From contig OZ004607.1 in assembly GCA_963924565.1 (NCBI GenBank), forward strand, positions 35,960,001 through 36,024,000: 64,000 nt of DNA, read 5' to 3'. This DNA comes from Ascidiella aspersa. Taxonomy: Eukaryota. The notes under the pieces were generated by a model. The model had not been told where the DNA came from. It made no database searches and was given only the letters and a program-made list of their open reading frames with translations. Both the position numbers and the translations under genes were made by a program. Below are positions 14,751 to 27,520 of the stretch, in pieces. Each line of letters opens with the position of its first letter. The stretch's first letter is position 1.

Positions 14751-15324
14751 ATTTAGATCCTTTTTAAGTCACGGACATCCTTTTAAATATTTTCAAAACT
14801 AAACTTTCATCACTGACGTCAATTTGTTCTACCAGGTAACGTTTAATGCAGTGTTGTATTCAAATAAAGATAAAACAAATTCAAGGTTACATTCAAGAAA
14901 TATTAACTTTCGTTAAAAAAAAATAATATAGTGGACTCTCTACTTCACTCAGTTTTGTTGGATTTAAGAAAGCTTACGCCTCAGCAAGTACTGCTTGCAT
15001 TAAATTGCATAAAATAAAAATAAAGGGTTTATTGATTTTCGGAGCCGGCCTAAGTGCAGTAAATGCTTCCATGAAATTTTCATGGGCGTATTTGCATAAT
15101 TAATCGACAAAGTTTGTATATTGATCAAAGCTAGAGCTTTCCCGAACCAATTTAAGCTCATTTGAAGTGTGTGGTCAACAAAGTGTAATGAGAGACAGAA
15201 GAAAGATAAAAGTTTAGTTCATAGGAAATAAAACATCGCTATTGTACATGTCATTTGTGCAATGCATAGCAATACTGAATCAGTAAAAACGTAAGGATTT
15301 TATAGAAAATCTTTATTTTATACC

Positions 15325-15497
15325 AGAGTTTTGATATGTATTGATTTCAAAAGATCACACATTAGTAATCTTAACAGATTTTGATATTACTGCTTTTAGT
15401 TGATTTGATATTAACGATTTCAATAGATTTTGACAATAAAATAATTATTTTGACAGATTTTGATAATAATGGTTTTAGCACATTTTAATATTAATTA
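15325..15497. repeat. Degenerate AT-rich minisatellite
   Basis: Repeated (A)GATTTTGAYAWTA-like units. Confidence 0.6.
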
Positions 15498-15991
15498 AGA
15501 AACCCAAGAGGCAGAATATTTGTCCGTAAGGCAAATGGTTTTCAACGGATCCAGACCAATTTCAACTACCACAAAACTGTAGCAGTGTAGCGTCATAGCG
15601 ATTTCGTCATCTATACATTCGTGTTCTATATAAAAAAAAAACTTCCTGATTTTTTAGAACTTCTTACACACTGGAGGGAACCACGCGGCCTTTCGTGTTG
15701 GTACAAGAATTCAAAAGGGTTAGAGAAAATTGTTTGGACTTGCTGCTCCGCCCACAGAAAGCCACAAAGGCCGCTGAAAGATCTGCTATTTGCACATCAA
15801 TAAACAGCAGTGGGTTGGCAACCTGACTTTGGTTGCGGACATTGTCACCAAAGTGATTCATCAAATGTGTGTTGACGGCAAGGTGGGTCAGCAAAGTGGT
15901 GATATTCGCGGAGCGGTTATCGCGTTTCCACCTATTTTACCGCGGTATCAAGAAAATATAACCGCAAGAACCGAGGATAAAGGATAAAAAA

Positions 15992-16087
15992 CAAACATAT
16001 ATTGATCGAGAAAACAGATCCTCTGGTAATTGCAATTGTTAACTAACGTTTCGGCAACCTATGCAAGTTGCCTTCGTCAGGGTGAAT
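15992..16087 (-). ncRNA. Minimal hammerhead ribozyme motif with tail (family A)
   Basis: Minus strand ATTCACC CTGACGA A GGCAAC-TTGCATAG-GTTGCC GAAA CG TT: core and 6-bp stem II intact, stem I weak. Tail homologous to 45661-45723. Confidence 0.65.
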
Positions 16088-16847
16088 GGCACCGAACGCT
16101 CATAGTTGAACATATGGAAAGCACACAAAGAGGACCAAGAGAAATACGCAAGTAACAACACGATAAAAAAGCAATTAGCGATAACGTATGGCTAACATGT
16201 TCGCCTTACAAGAACCAAGATTATCGTTTGCTGTCGTTTCATTTCCGAAAAAAAGTATTGTAATTTCGCGGCTTAAAATGTGTAATATGTCAAGTTTTAA
16301 TTGAAACATATTTATAGTCTGAACACTTGTATGCATTTTCAAGAAAAATAAAAGTAAAAAATATAATCTTGCTATAAATCACATGATTTCCGAATTCTGA
16401 TACATCTTTACGAAAGTTGACAGAGGTTTCCTCCTTGTTTTCAGTAAACAATAGAAAGATCTAACCATCGGGGACTCTATATGCCTATGTAAGTAGATAA
16501 CAAGCAACAAATGTAGACGGGGTGCGCAAACTAGCTTACAAGGCTTACTGAATGAACAGACAACAAACAAAATAAGCACAACAGATAAGCGACACCTTAG
16601 AAAACAAACGGCGCGACGGCAATTCGCGACTAATTTAACATGTATGGAAAATCTGGTGCCCGAGTCCCGCATAGCGTGTCTGAAGGTCGCAACACTTCGA
16701 CTTTCTTTGCCCTTCACGCCCACGCACTTGCTAAAACTAACGAAACGTCGATGGCGCAAAACGGGGGGGTACGTCGCGTCTAGACTGACCGCCACAGAAC
16801 CGCGTTGGGGTGGGGGTTAAACGGAAGCGTGGTCTTATGACGTCATA

Positions 16848-17068
16848 GAGCAGGTGGGTGTAAACAAACGTCTGGGGCAACGGGGATTTCCGAGATTTCG
16901 ATTTTGGTTAAATTGATGATTTCTTTTCGCGAACTTCGACGTTTTTATCTTGCAAACTTTTTTATGCCTTGACTTTTAATATAAAATATTCAAAAAAATT
17001 GACCCAAAAGTTCAACAAATTGACCCAAAAACTTCCAGGGCCACCCCAGGTTCGTTCCACCTGCACTC
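16848..17068. mobile_element. Probable MITE with degenerate TIRs, unclassified
   Basis: Left GCAGGTGG..AACG..CTGGGG versus right CCCCAGGTTCGTTCCACCTGC; internal AATTGACCCAAAA twice. Confidence 0.45.
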
Positions 17069-18248
17069 AAAAGTGACAATTTTAAGAGAATATTTAAAAA
17101 ATGATACACCTTTAACCAATCGACAGCAAACAACTAGTGCCAGTTTTGTAATTGCTACAAGTTTTAACAGAAGTTTGAATGAAAATCGATACGTCCTTCT
17201 TGTGTGGCTTTATCGGTGTTTGAATGCAGTTTATATCAGTTACTTTTAAATAAGGGAATTTGAAAAAAAATTAAATTTTCTCTCAGTGAGTTTTTAATAT
17301 ATTCTCAAAAGATAATTGATGTATCGAAATACGTTGATCACCAAAGTTACAACGAATAAGATATGTGCTATATTTCCAAACTATATCGAAATACCCTATA
17401 CGTGTTACATCCTCCAAAGAAATGACGACCGGCGTTTTAACAATGATTTCTGTTCGCTCTTTGATCTCCCAGAACAGTATTATTGCAGAACCACAACCGC
17501 CACAAAAATAGGCCCTCGATAGTTCTTTCAGTCGGATTTAGCAGCTTATCGCGCAAATCGTGCCTTTTTCAATCGCGTCGTTTTGGCAACGGTGGGGAAA
17601 CAGAAAGAAGGGCGAGCGAGCGAACGAACGTGTCCGTGCACCAAATATTTGCACAGCGAAGGTGTATTGGCTCGAACGAGGAACACAGAGTCGGTGACAT
17701 TTTGCCCGTAACGTTGTTACGATGGCAATCCATCAAATACCTGCGCTACCGCGAACGGGGCGCACAAACACAAGGCTATATAGTTCTGCTTTTTATCGAT
17801 AAAGGGGAATTGTTTTGATTCTACGTTTGTTGTCACATTCGCAACCCTAAATGTTAACATTTATTTAGTGCTGTGCTAAATGGTATTTTTATGACTGTTG
17901 TTAACAGCATATCAGCACTAACAAAGACTTCATTGTATTGAAGCCCTCAAAGTGAAAAAATATTATGCATGGATACTAAACTGAAAACATAATGTTTTTG
18001 GTAGGAAAAAATGTTGCAAACTGGTTCCAAGCAAATTCTTGGGTATGTGTAGAGGATAAGTTGGACATGTTGAGCTACATTAAATTGGTAGTCGTATTTG
18101 TCCTTTGCAAATACCGTAAATCTTTTAAAATACAATTTTAATTTTAATGCGGCCAAGCTTACGCCCAGCCGTACTTCATCAAGTCCAATTTAAGGTGTCA
18201 TACTTTATTATTAAAATGTGAAATAATCTTATAATGTTTCGTTAAGTG

Positions 18249-18516
18249 CAGGGTTTTAAACAGAGGTGCCGATCTGTTTCCAAAGGGGGTACGGGGACAC
18301 TGAATCAAACACAGAAAATGTATTATTGTAATTCATTTCTTTGCTTAGTTAAATGTAAAAGTAACCCGCATTTTAATATTGTGATACTGTGTTATCAGCT
18401 ACTTATATAAAAATTAAACTATAATGGTTTTGTTATTTAAGCAAACTAGAAGGGGTGCGAGAAGTGGTTGTGTGATATAAACGGGGTGCAGCAAGGGAAA
18501 AGGCAAAGAACCACTT
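18249..18516. mobile_element. hAT-type MITE
   Basis: Degenerate CAGGGTTTT / AAGAACCACTT ends; subterminal GGGGTRC motifs; TSD GTTAAGTG/GTTTAGTG (7/8). Confidence 0.75.
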
Positions 18517-19264
18517 GTTTAGTGGTATATCTATAGTTAGTTATGATTGGCCTATAACTATTTTACATCCACATGTGTAACCGTTAATCTGGCATCATAA
18601 GAGTTTGCACTGCATTTATTAAGGCGACATAAATAGGTGAACTGTCGCCATACGGATTTTATAGGGTTTCGGTAAAACATAGTCAAAAGGAGAAAGGCTC
18701 CCGCATTTACATATATACAGATGGATTAGGAATGTGGTGTGTGTCAGACAATCTTGATGGATGAACACTCGCGACTTGGCAGCTCACAAAACGGCGAGAC
18801 GAATTTACGGGTAAATGCCTTACTATTTGCCGACAGCCAATCTATAATTGAGAAACGGTGCAAACGGTTTACAGCAACATCTGAACGGCTTTATCAGATT
18901 TCCTTAAGACACGCTTTAATATAGCGCGGCGACACGACTTGGGACCTTAATTCGACGATTTTTCGTAGGTTTTCCAGGTAAAACCACACAAGCACATATT
19001 TAGAAGTTTCGTGTGTCGATAAGGAGCTTTGGCGGCCGCGACAAACGAAGCAAAGTCTAATGTACGGGATCCGAGCCATATCATGCCCATATTGACACAA
19101 TTAAAACGATAAGACGCAAGCAAAACGGTTTTGCGATTGGACGGGATTGGAGAAATACCCGACGCCGATCCCTAATTCCGCGTGAACCTAAAATGCAAAA
19201 GTTTGACAAGTCGTATACGAGAATTCTACTTGGCAAGTATGTACCGTTTTATTTTTCGAACCCC

Positions 19265-20265
19265 ACCAATTTAAATTACGCGCAAAACAAGATCTATCGT
19301 CCCCCAAAAGCTACCTAGACTTGACTTATAGGAGCATAAAGGTTTTACATTAGTTTAATTTCATTTAATTTAGGTCAGGAAAGTGACTGATTCGTCCCTG
19401 AGTGTTTATTTTTAACTTGGCAAATTAGTATGTTGTTTCTTTAAGAGTAGAGCAAACTCGAAGCTGTTTTACGGGTTACATAAACCACCAAGAACTCATA
19501 TGTGCAAAAACAACACTTTATAATATTTTATAAACCCTAAAAAATATTTCCAATTGCGTGTGTAATTGAGAAGACACCCGACCAATTTAAATTACGCGCA
19601 AAACAAGATCTATGGACTCGAAAACAAAGAAACAAACAAAACAAAACCAGCTACCTTGACTTGACTTGTAGGAGCACAAATGTTTTACAGTAAAATTAGT
19701 TAAATTTAAATAAAGATTCTAAAGTCATTTTGTCGATAAAGTCGACATTTGCTGCTATAAACGTTTCGGCAAAACCTCATGCCATCATCAGCGTAAAAAT
19801 ACAAGTCGTGTCAAAAACACTTGTATTTTTACACTGATGATGGCAGGAGGTATTGCCGAACCGTTTGTAACAGCAAAATGTCGACTTTATCGAATATAAT
19901 GGCTTTAAAAAGTTTATTGAAATTACTAAAAAAACGTGTATTGTGTTCCAAACAAATTAAATTTAAGTCAGGGAACGCGTTTTGAACGATTGCGAATTCC
20001 ATTTGTTGGCCACTGATCCGTCCCTGAATGTTCATCCGAATCTTAATAAGTTAGCATGTTGTTCCTTTAATGATAGAGCGTACTGGAAGTTGGTTTACGA
20101 GTCACATAAACCACCAAGAACTATTATTTGTGCAAAAACGCTAATTTATCATATATTTGATAACTCACAGCGCATCCAATGGGCGAATATTTGCTACTCG
20201 TAGAAAGATACCACCAGATTGCGGATTAAAAAATATTTCCATTTGCGTGTGTAATTGAGAAGACA
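19265..20265. repeat. Tandem duplication (unit 1 19265-19576; unit 2 19581-20265, interrupted by an insertion)
   Basis: Both units start ACCAATTTAAATTACGCGCAAAACAAGATCTAT and end TTGCGTGTGTAATTGAGAAGACA. Confidence 0.9.
19710..19956. mobile_element. Palindromic double-hammerhead insertion (family D) with 10-bp TSD
   Basis: Arms about 19710-19806 and 19819-19918. Plus motif 19829-19870: TTACA CTGATGA T GGCA..TGCC GAAC CG TT TGTAA. Minus motif 19796-19755 has intact CTGATGA and GAAA. Flanked by TTAAATTTAA at 19700 and 19957; absent from the paralogous unit 1. Confidence 0.85.
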
Positions 20266-20679
20266 TAAAATGGAACAAAGCGCAAGCATCTTTGGATTTT
20301 TGAGCGCAACGTGGAACAAATCTGACCACGTTCTTCTCTTGCGAAAACTACTCGTGATAAGCTTTTTTCGCTACTAGGCGTTTGTCACGCTTGTTTTATT
20401 AAAACAAATATAAAACTTCCAAAGTTAAATTCAGAGATTTTTTTAAATAAACCATGTTTTCAGATGTTCGTTTTTTCTGACGTTCTTGTTTTTTTGAAAC
20501 GAATAAACGAAACGACATTTGTAAATTTCAGGACATTTTAGTTGTTTTGTTTCGACTGTAATTAATGAGTTGAAAAACGCAGAGCGTTAGAATTAGCCGT
20601 TACAATGGAGTTCTCAACTTTTCTGGAGAACAATTGTAAGAACATTAAAGCTTAATTGACTGTTTCAACATGGTTGTAA

Positions 20680-20729
20680 ATAAGACGAACTGTCGCACAC
20701 GATAAGACGAACTGTCGCACACGATAAGA
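20680..20729. repeat. Exact 22-bp tandem repeat, 2.3 copies
   Basis: ATAAGACGAACTGTCGCACACG twice, then ATAAGA. Confidence 0.9.
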
Positions 20730-20977
20730 GAGCATTGTGCCGAAAGATTCCGCGACCAAAAACGCCCGATAGCAGAATATTAGGGTCAAGTGTACGAATT
20801 GAAACAATCTTTCGCCACCACGGCTATTTCTGGCCTGCTGCCAAATTCGGTTTAAATCACGTCAGATACCTATTTTTAGACCAATGTTCACAAACACGGA
20901 TACCAGCGGGATGACGTCATAAGAAAAATAATGAAATAGAAAAAAACTGTGCGTGTCCAAACAGATAGCAAATAAAC

Positions 20978-21321
20978 CAGTGGTCCTCAAAGCCCTTAGG
21001 GGGGATTTTAAATTTGGGGAGGAAAAACGGATCAAAAATGAGTTATTTAATCGGTTATATGCAATAAAAAGCTTATTAAACTGTATAATTGGTGCTTAAA
21101 AAGTTTATTAGGCCCATGATCTAAGTCTATTGTTTCTTCACAGTTACAGCCATTTAAGAAATATACACCAATATAGGCATTTTTACATATGTATAAATCA
21201 ATACCTACGTCATACATTCAAATAAACTCCAAGGTGGAATACTACGTGTTTTTTCTGGAAAGGAATTGACAAGTGTTTGGGCTTGCAAGGGAGGAATATA
21301 AAAAAACTTTAAGAACCACCG
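20978..21321. mobile_element. Old hAT-type MITE
   Basis: CAGTGGTCCTCAAA / TTTAAGAACCACCG ends; TSD degraded (AAATAAAC/GCCTAAAC). Confidence 0.65.
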
Positions 21322-21565
21322 GCCTAAACCTTAATTTGGCGGCAGATGTACAATGTCGTGTACAAACACAGTAAAACTTCATACTGACGACTGGAACTTT
21401 ATCAACGTCTATCACGCCATGGGAGTTCGATGTAACAAAGTCTTGTTGCGAGACATATTGTCCTTCGTAACGGCAAAACAAACAGTCATCTTCAGCGAGC
21501 AAACAATTGGCTACCGCATGCTATCTTCGTTTTACTTTGATCATGTTGGCGCATCACAAAGTTAG

Positions 21566-21670
21566 ATTGTATTGTAAAGCTGAATAACGTTGACATGATG
21601 AAGAACGGTTGAGCGAAAGCTGGTCAACATTACAATACAATTAGTTCAATACTTCCACCTGATTTCCACA
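21566..21670 (+). mobile_element. Family B hammerhead element, degenerate core
   Basis: GTTGAC ATGATGA A GAAC-GGTT-GAGC GAAA GC TG GTCAAC with perfect 6-bp stem I; short inverted arm ATTGTATTGTAA/TTACAATACAAT; tail CCACCTGATTTCCA shared with 22830. Confidence 0.7.
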
Positions 21671-22378
21671 TTTAGGTTTAAACAAAAACGGCGGTCTACA
21701 AAGATTGTCAGAACCTTAAAGTTCTTCTACGATTTTAACGGACAGAGGAGCAAAATCGCAACATCATTCAGGTCTCAGTGGCTTATTTATGAACATCAGG
21801 GATAACGAAATGATGGAGGAGTGCGATCCGTATGCGTGGTTTAAAGTGTTAAATGTGAACCTCTAAATTGTACAATTGAAACAATGCCTTGCAGCAAGAG
21901 TATATTCGTGGACCTCTAAACATGATCAATTTTGAAAAAATGACTAACCGCTTTACGGTAAGTATATAGTTACCGCTTTCGGAAAACTGAATAAGAAGGA
22001 AATTTTCCCACGGAAGCTAAGGAATTTTTCGGAATTATTTCATTTTACGTTCTAGGCCCTTTTTAGATGTTGTACGATTTTTGTTGTACTACGCCTTCTA
22101 TATACAGTATATTGTTTTATGTATTTCCCATATTTAATACTGTTTCAAAACACTTCATGTAACGCTTGGTTCAAAAGGACGTTAAGTAGGGATCCCGCAG
22201 TTGGGCGTAACACATACTGATTGGCTTCTGTAGATTGCTGTAAAAACACACAAAAACTTCAAATAGGGCGAGGAAAGAGTATACAACGTTGTGGAATAAC
22301 CATAACTGGAAACGCAATCTTGTCCGAGCGGATGCAGCTAATCCCAACGGTGTTGGCTGACAGGGAAAGAAGACCTGA

Positions 22379-22440
22379 GTGTCATTAACCCCCCGCGGTG
22401 TCATTAACCCCCCGCTTATGTCATTGACCCCCTGTGTCAT
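22379..22440. repeat. Short tandem repeat TGTCATTRACCCCC, 3.4 copies
   Basis: Directly visible; could be subterminal repeats of a DNA transposon. Confidence 0.75.
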
Positions 22441-22760
22441 CTTCGTGGCGGCGGTTTGCTCTTCAACTTCAAACTTGGAGCGGAATATCGAAAGTTCACC
22501 AAGATGGCGGGAGGTTTAAAGGTAACTGTATATAGGTATGAGCAAACGTTTGCAAATTGCCGCAGACTAAAAATGGCAATACACAGCGGTTTTGAAAAGG
22601 TGCCCTGAACCCAAATCTTGGGTTTTAATTAATTGTTAAAAAAGATTACTTCCTCAAGGCGTAGCTTTTTAGTGCAAACGACCAATTACTCTGTAAAAAT
22701 CTTTCCACAATCGTGCTTTATCAGGTTGAATTAGAAATGAAAACAATTAAATTTCTAAAC

Positions 22761-22845
22761 TTTGACATGATGAAGCACTGTTGTGCGAAATCCCGTCAAA
22801 ATTACAATGTAATTTGTCGTTTGAAAGTGCCACCTGATTTCCAGA
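22761..22845 (+). mobile_element. Family B hammerhead element, degenerate core
   Basis: TTTGAC ATGATGA A GCAC-TGTT-GTGC GAAA TC CC GTCAAA with perfect stems I and II, followed by the shared tail. Confidence 0.7.
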
Positions 22846-23418
22846 TTTTGAATTGGACAAATGTAGCTATCAACATATGGTTTGAAAAAAGATTGTCGTA
22901 AGGCAGGAGAAACAGTATGATGTGTTTTCCGTATGCCGTCATTGAAAAGTAATGAAGGGGCATACGTATTGTCGTATACAAGAAAAGCTATAAGACAAGT
23001 CTACTAATATAAAACAATCAATATGTGAAACAACGCTTCGGCTTTATTCTTGTAAAATAGCAGAACATCATCAGTTGTATCCTCAAAACTGACATGTGGG
23101 CGACATAAATGCCTTAAGTTCTTTCCGCACCCTTCCTGTAAACCCCCTAAACCCTTTGAAGCGATAAAGCTCGCAGTTTCAAGGTTGAGATATTGTAACG
23201 GCAAGCGGCGTTCTGTTGACGCTACAGGGATTACAACCTCACGGTGCGCCTTCAAAGCCTATCCCCAACCACTGCCGTATAGTTTAGCAACCGGTGATGG
23301 GGTCAGGGTGTTAACACAACACAAGCGCCACAACACAGGTCCGCTGCTGTCTTGATTGACACTCGATACACGCGGTAGTTAAGGCGGCGGGCGCGAAGCA
23401 AGGCGGTTTGTTCTATAG

Positions 23419-23733
23419 CAGCGGTTCCCAAACTGGGGTCCGTACAGAAGTTTCAGAGGGTCCGCAATCAGAATTAATCTTTATAGTGTTTAATGTACAG
23501 CAATGATAGTGATTCGATAACAAAAGCTTTCTCGGGTACAGTGATGAGTTAATTGCACCAAACAAGTGCACCCATTCTCATTAAACGCTGACCTATTCGA
23601 TAGTTTTTGCTTTGTCTTTTTTTGGTGTGTTTTTTTGCTATAATACTGTTTGATTTTTACAGGGCCGCGAAATATCAAAATAATTGCAAAGGGCCCACCA
23701 AGCAACATTTTTAGAAAAGTCAGGGAACCGTTG
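23419..23733. mobile_element. hAT-type MITE
   Basis: TIR CAGCGGTTCCC / GGGAACCGTTG; subterminal GGGTCCG; TSD TTCTATAG/TTTTATAG (7/8). Confidence 0.85.
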
Positions 23734-24660
23734 TTTTATAGTGAACTTGGTACGATTTGACGCGTTGTAGAAACAAGTCGGTTTCGCATTTCTTCGTGAT
23801 TGACACCGGACACCAAAGTTCCTTTTTGCTCGTTGCTGCCGCAATTTGTAGCGCGCGCGGAAATTGCTTTTTGCGGCATTTTTTGCGAGCGAGTGTGAGC
23901 GCAAAATATCGGGTTTCGCTTTGGCGTTCGTACGGGCTGCAGTGATCTGTGGAAAACATTTGAAGTGCCTAATGTTTTGTGCAAATAAATTCTTCTTGCA
24001 ATTGAAAAATCGCGAAACTTTGTCCGATTCTAGAGAAAAGCAAAGTGTTTTGATGTTAATAAGGTGTTGCGACTTTTGGGCATTTCTTTGGCTGTTTTGA
24101 AATATAGACAGCTGTGATGTTTTCTAGCATAACAACCCGACAATTGTTTCTAACCTAATGCCTCCAATTGCCTTGCAGTGTTAGTGTAACAACCCCCAAA
24201 TCAATCAAAACACGTCTTTTTATGGACGTTTTTCTCTATACTACACAGTCGCAATGCAGTGTGCCTTTGTTAAAAATAGAATCCAAAATTATTCTACAAA
24301 CGCAGCAGCACCAACAAAATTGCTCTGCGTCGGCGCAACAACTAAAAAAGCGATCGAAATTGGTAACTCAGCGCAAAAGAGTTAGCAAACCGACAAACAG
24401 TTTACAACGAAGCGTATATAGGTGTAGGTAGGTACAGAGTGTGGGTTAAATTCGACACCCTCGAATCACGTTTTGTCAAAGGAAGCCTGTGACTAGGTTG
24501 AGCATTAAACAGCCGATGTTTTCTGCGCTAGAACGACAAGTGCAACCCCTTGTCCCCGGAAACGACAAAGCTGATGGTGTTTGTTTTGCGAGGCTATAGT
24601 ATATGTTCTCGTATAGGCCTACGTTATTGTCGTTTTTTTCAGCTCGGCAACCCACTAAGC

Positions 24661-25279
24661 CAGAGGTTCTCAACTGGGGTGCCGCGATACTCTAAAGGAC
24701 GGTGTTTCTCAGCCTTTATGTCTAGCGGCACCCTACAGAAATAACAAACAGATTGCGGCACCATAAAATATTTTTCTGTAGGTAATTTACTAAAATACTA
24801 AACCATAATCGGAACTGGAACAACACACGTCAACTCTACACAACGTACGAAGTATAATTAGATTTATTCCACTCTAATCTTACAATAAAATTTATAAGAG
24901 TTGAGCAAAAATAATATTCTTAAAGATTCTCAAACATCTCTCGGCACCATTGAAAATTAAAAAGGCACTCCAGGGTACACCGGTGAAGAACCACTGCCCT
25001 ATAGGGTGTTATATTTAACGCTCAAGGGTGCTGAGGGATTTTGCAAATTCTTTAAGATTCTAATTTTTGCTCTATTGGTAAGCTTCTTGATACAATTTTA
25101 GTGAACGATAAAAGAAAAGGTTTTTTTTAACCTTGTTGCACAGTTAATGTGCTGTTTCAATCTCGTTTATTGTAACATTACAGTACCGGTAATAACCACT
25201 CATCAAAAGTACAAGGGTGCCGAGAGCTATTTTGAATTCCTGTAGGGTTCCGCAAGCCTATAAAGGTTACGACGCACTG
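24661..25279. mobile_element. hAT-type MITE (GGCACCC family), outer element of a nest
   Basis: CAGAGGTTCTCAAC / GGTTACGACGCACTG; TSD CACTAAGC/CGCTAAGC (7/8); 25005-25279 is the reverse-complement homologue of 57630-57908. Confidence 0.85.
24698..24996. mobile_element. Nested related MITE, inverted, inside 24661-25279
   Basis: GGTGTTTCTCAGCC / GGTGAAGAACCACTG ends; GCGGCACC repeats; TSD CTCTAAAG/CCCTATAG (6/8). Confidence 0.75.
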
Positions 25280-26477
25280 CGCTAAGCGCAACGCACAATT
25301 AAACAGGGTTGGTATTTGGAAGGTTGGGAATATTATGGCATGTTATTCGACTTTCTAACATATTTAATAAAAGAAGCGGTTCAAAACCACAGGAATTAAA
25401 TTACACCATACTGAAACGGACAATATTTTTAAATTTAGTTTTGCAACTAAAGATTTTTCCGCAGTAAACCTTGGCGTGTATAATAAGTGTGCTATAAGCG
25501 CACGACTTTATTCACCCGGAAAAAGGCAAGTGTCAAAGGAGCTTTTGTTTATTAATCGGCTTGTAAAAGCCTATTGGGGATAATCGAGGAACGCATTTTA
25601 AGACCTAGCTGAACAACAGCTCTACAGATAATTTATAAATTTCGTACAACAAATATTAAAAAGGTTAGGGATTGGTTACGGCCAAAGCTTCAGTTAATTT
25701 TTAAAGGCAAAATTCCCCCGTTTTAGCTGATGTTACAATGTTTTCGCGTATAAAAAAACGCAATTGTATTTTATGCCGATCGCTTTTGTACAAAAGAGAA
25801 TGAGTAGCAATAAAACGCGTACCATTTTATTGCTTTTCCTACAACAAAACGTTACGGCGTTGTGGAATTCCGGAGAATGTTTGACAACCATTAAACGGGT
25901 CAACATACAGCTAGAATAAGGTTAACTATGCGTCAACGTATTGATGGTTAAATGGGTTACCAAGAACCGAACCAAAAGCTTATCTAAATCGACAATGCCA
26001 TCACACAGTACTTTTCAATTTTAGCCATTTAAAGCATTTAAACCCTAAATATGTCGATACAGTGTTTTTATTACTGTTTTGAATATGGACATTAATAACA
26101 TGAAACAAAGCTGTAGTTTTAACTAAAACTAATTCGACAAATGCCCAAGTTTTTTGTAAATGCCCGTTACCGTCGTTTTTTTATGTTAATACAAGTATTA
26201 TCGTGACGTCATCACTAAATTCTAAGGCGTCTGACGGGAGGAATGAATAGCTGCTCAACCAAGCCAAAGGTATTTTGCGTAGCGATAATACAAGCGAGCA
26301 TACGAGTTCGAACGGCGTCGAAATTTCCTCAGGTTAATCAACGTGCGCCGGTTATCCACAAATCACGAGTCGTCCGCGAACGATTTACACGCTCATCAAC
26401 AAAAGACAAGACGTGTGCGAGTGAGAATATTCCCGCTAAGTGTGCGGTCGGCATAATTGTGGCTCGCATCGCGTGGA

Positions 26478-26842
26478 AAATCGCTTTCACACGGTAAGCG
26501 CGCTAAATTGACGTTGTCAAGGTGTCATGTACGACTCGGCAAAAACACACTTTTGTCTCAAACTTGTCTTTAACAGCAAACCTTTGGCGACCCAATTCTC
26601 TTCAGAGAACTTTTTAGTTAATTAATTTAATTTGTAATGTGTCATACAATCTATAGGTTTTCATGTTTAAAAAAGTTAGGGCTTTTTTCTCCCCTAAAAC
26701 ATATAAGAGTAGGACATTTAGGAGCTCTGAAAGCCCATAAATTGTTCAAATCGCTTTCATACGGTTAAACTGCCGTTGTCTAGAACCTATAGGCGTCCTG
26801 TAAGACTTGGCGAAAACAATTTTTTGTCTCAAACTTGACTTT
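26478..26842. repeat. Local direct duplication of about 95 bp, 270 bp apart
   Basis: AAATCGCTTTCAYACGGT ... TTTTGTCTCAAACTTG at 26478 and 26748. Confidence 0.75.
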
Positions 26843-27404
26843 TCAAGAACGCAAGTTCGGCTGCGATGGCTTTAAAACACACGTTTTATATAAAGTTTCC
26901 ATCATGTAAATTTATTTAAATTGGTTCTGAGCAAGATTTCACAAATATTCTCGTAAATTGCAGAAGGGTTGAAAAAACACTGTTTTTTATCAAGTTTCCA
27001 TCTTGTAAATTAAAAACAAAACGCTACCAATCTTGCAACGGTGGCGATAAGCAAGCGCACTTCCAGCGCCTCGATTAAGAGAAACGCGCCAGGACGTTTC
27101 AGGTCGACCTTGAACATGCTTTTGCCCGATACGGCTTAACGCGCAACATGCAACTTGCATATCTCTGCGGTGGCGGGTAGCCGGAATTGCGCAGATCACC
27201 GGTAAACAAACTTGAAAGGTTGCGAGGAGGTGCGGTCCACAACGGGAGCAAATGTTCTGCGAAACCGACACGTCCGTATACATTCTTACACACTGACTGC
27301 ATTGGCTGTTATAAGCAAGCCACTTTAGCAAACGCGAATACTTGCAAAAATGGCTGTGTTTAGAATATGCGCATTCTTGCCATTATTTTCCTCGCGAATT
27401 AATT

Positions 27405-27520
27405 TGTTTTAGTAATTTCAATGAAACTACTTTGGCCATTATATTCGATAACATCGACATTTCGCTGTTTACAAACTTTTCGGCAATACCTCATGTCATC
27501 ATCTGTGTAAAAATACAAGT
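27405..27520 (-). mobile_element. Single-arm copy of hammerhead family D
   Basis: Reverse complement matches 19819-19932; core mutated to CAGATGA; GAAA and the TTACA/TGTAA stem I are retained. Confidence 0.8.

Noticed and set aside
23030-23080. Minus-strand CTGATGA ... GCCGAAGCGTT; similarly CTGATGACGAAACAGTC at 45013-45029
   Set aside because: Stem II is not properly formed or is absent, and no second copy supports a family.
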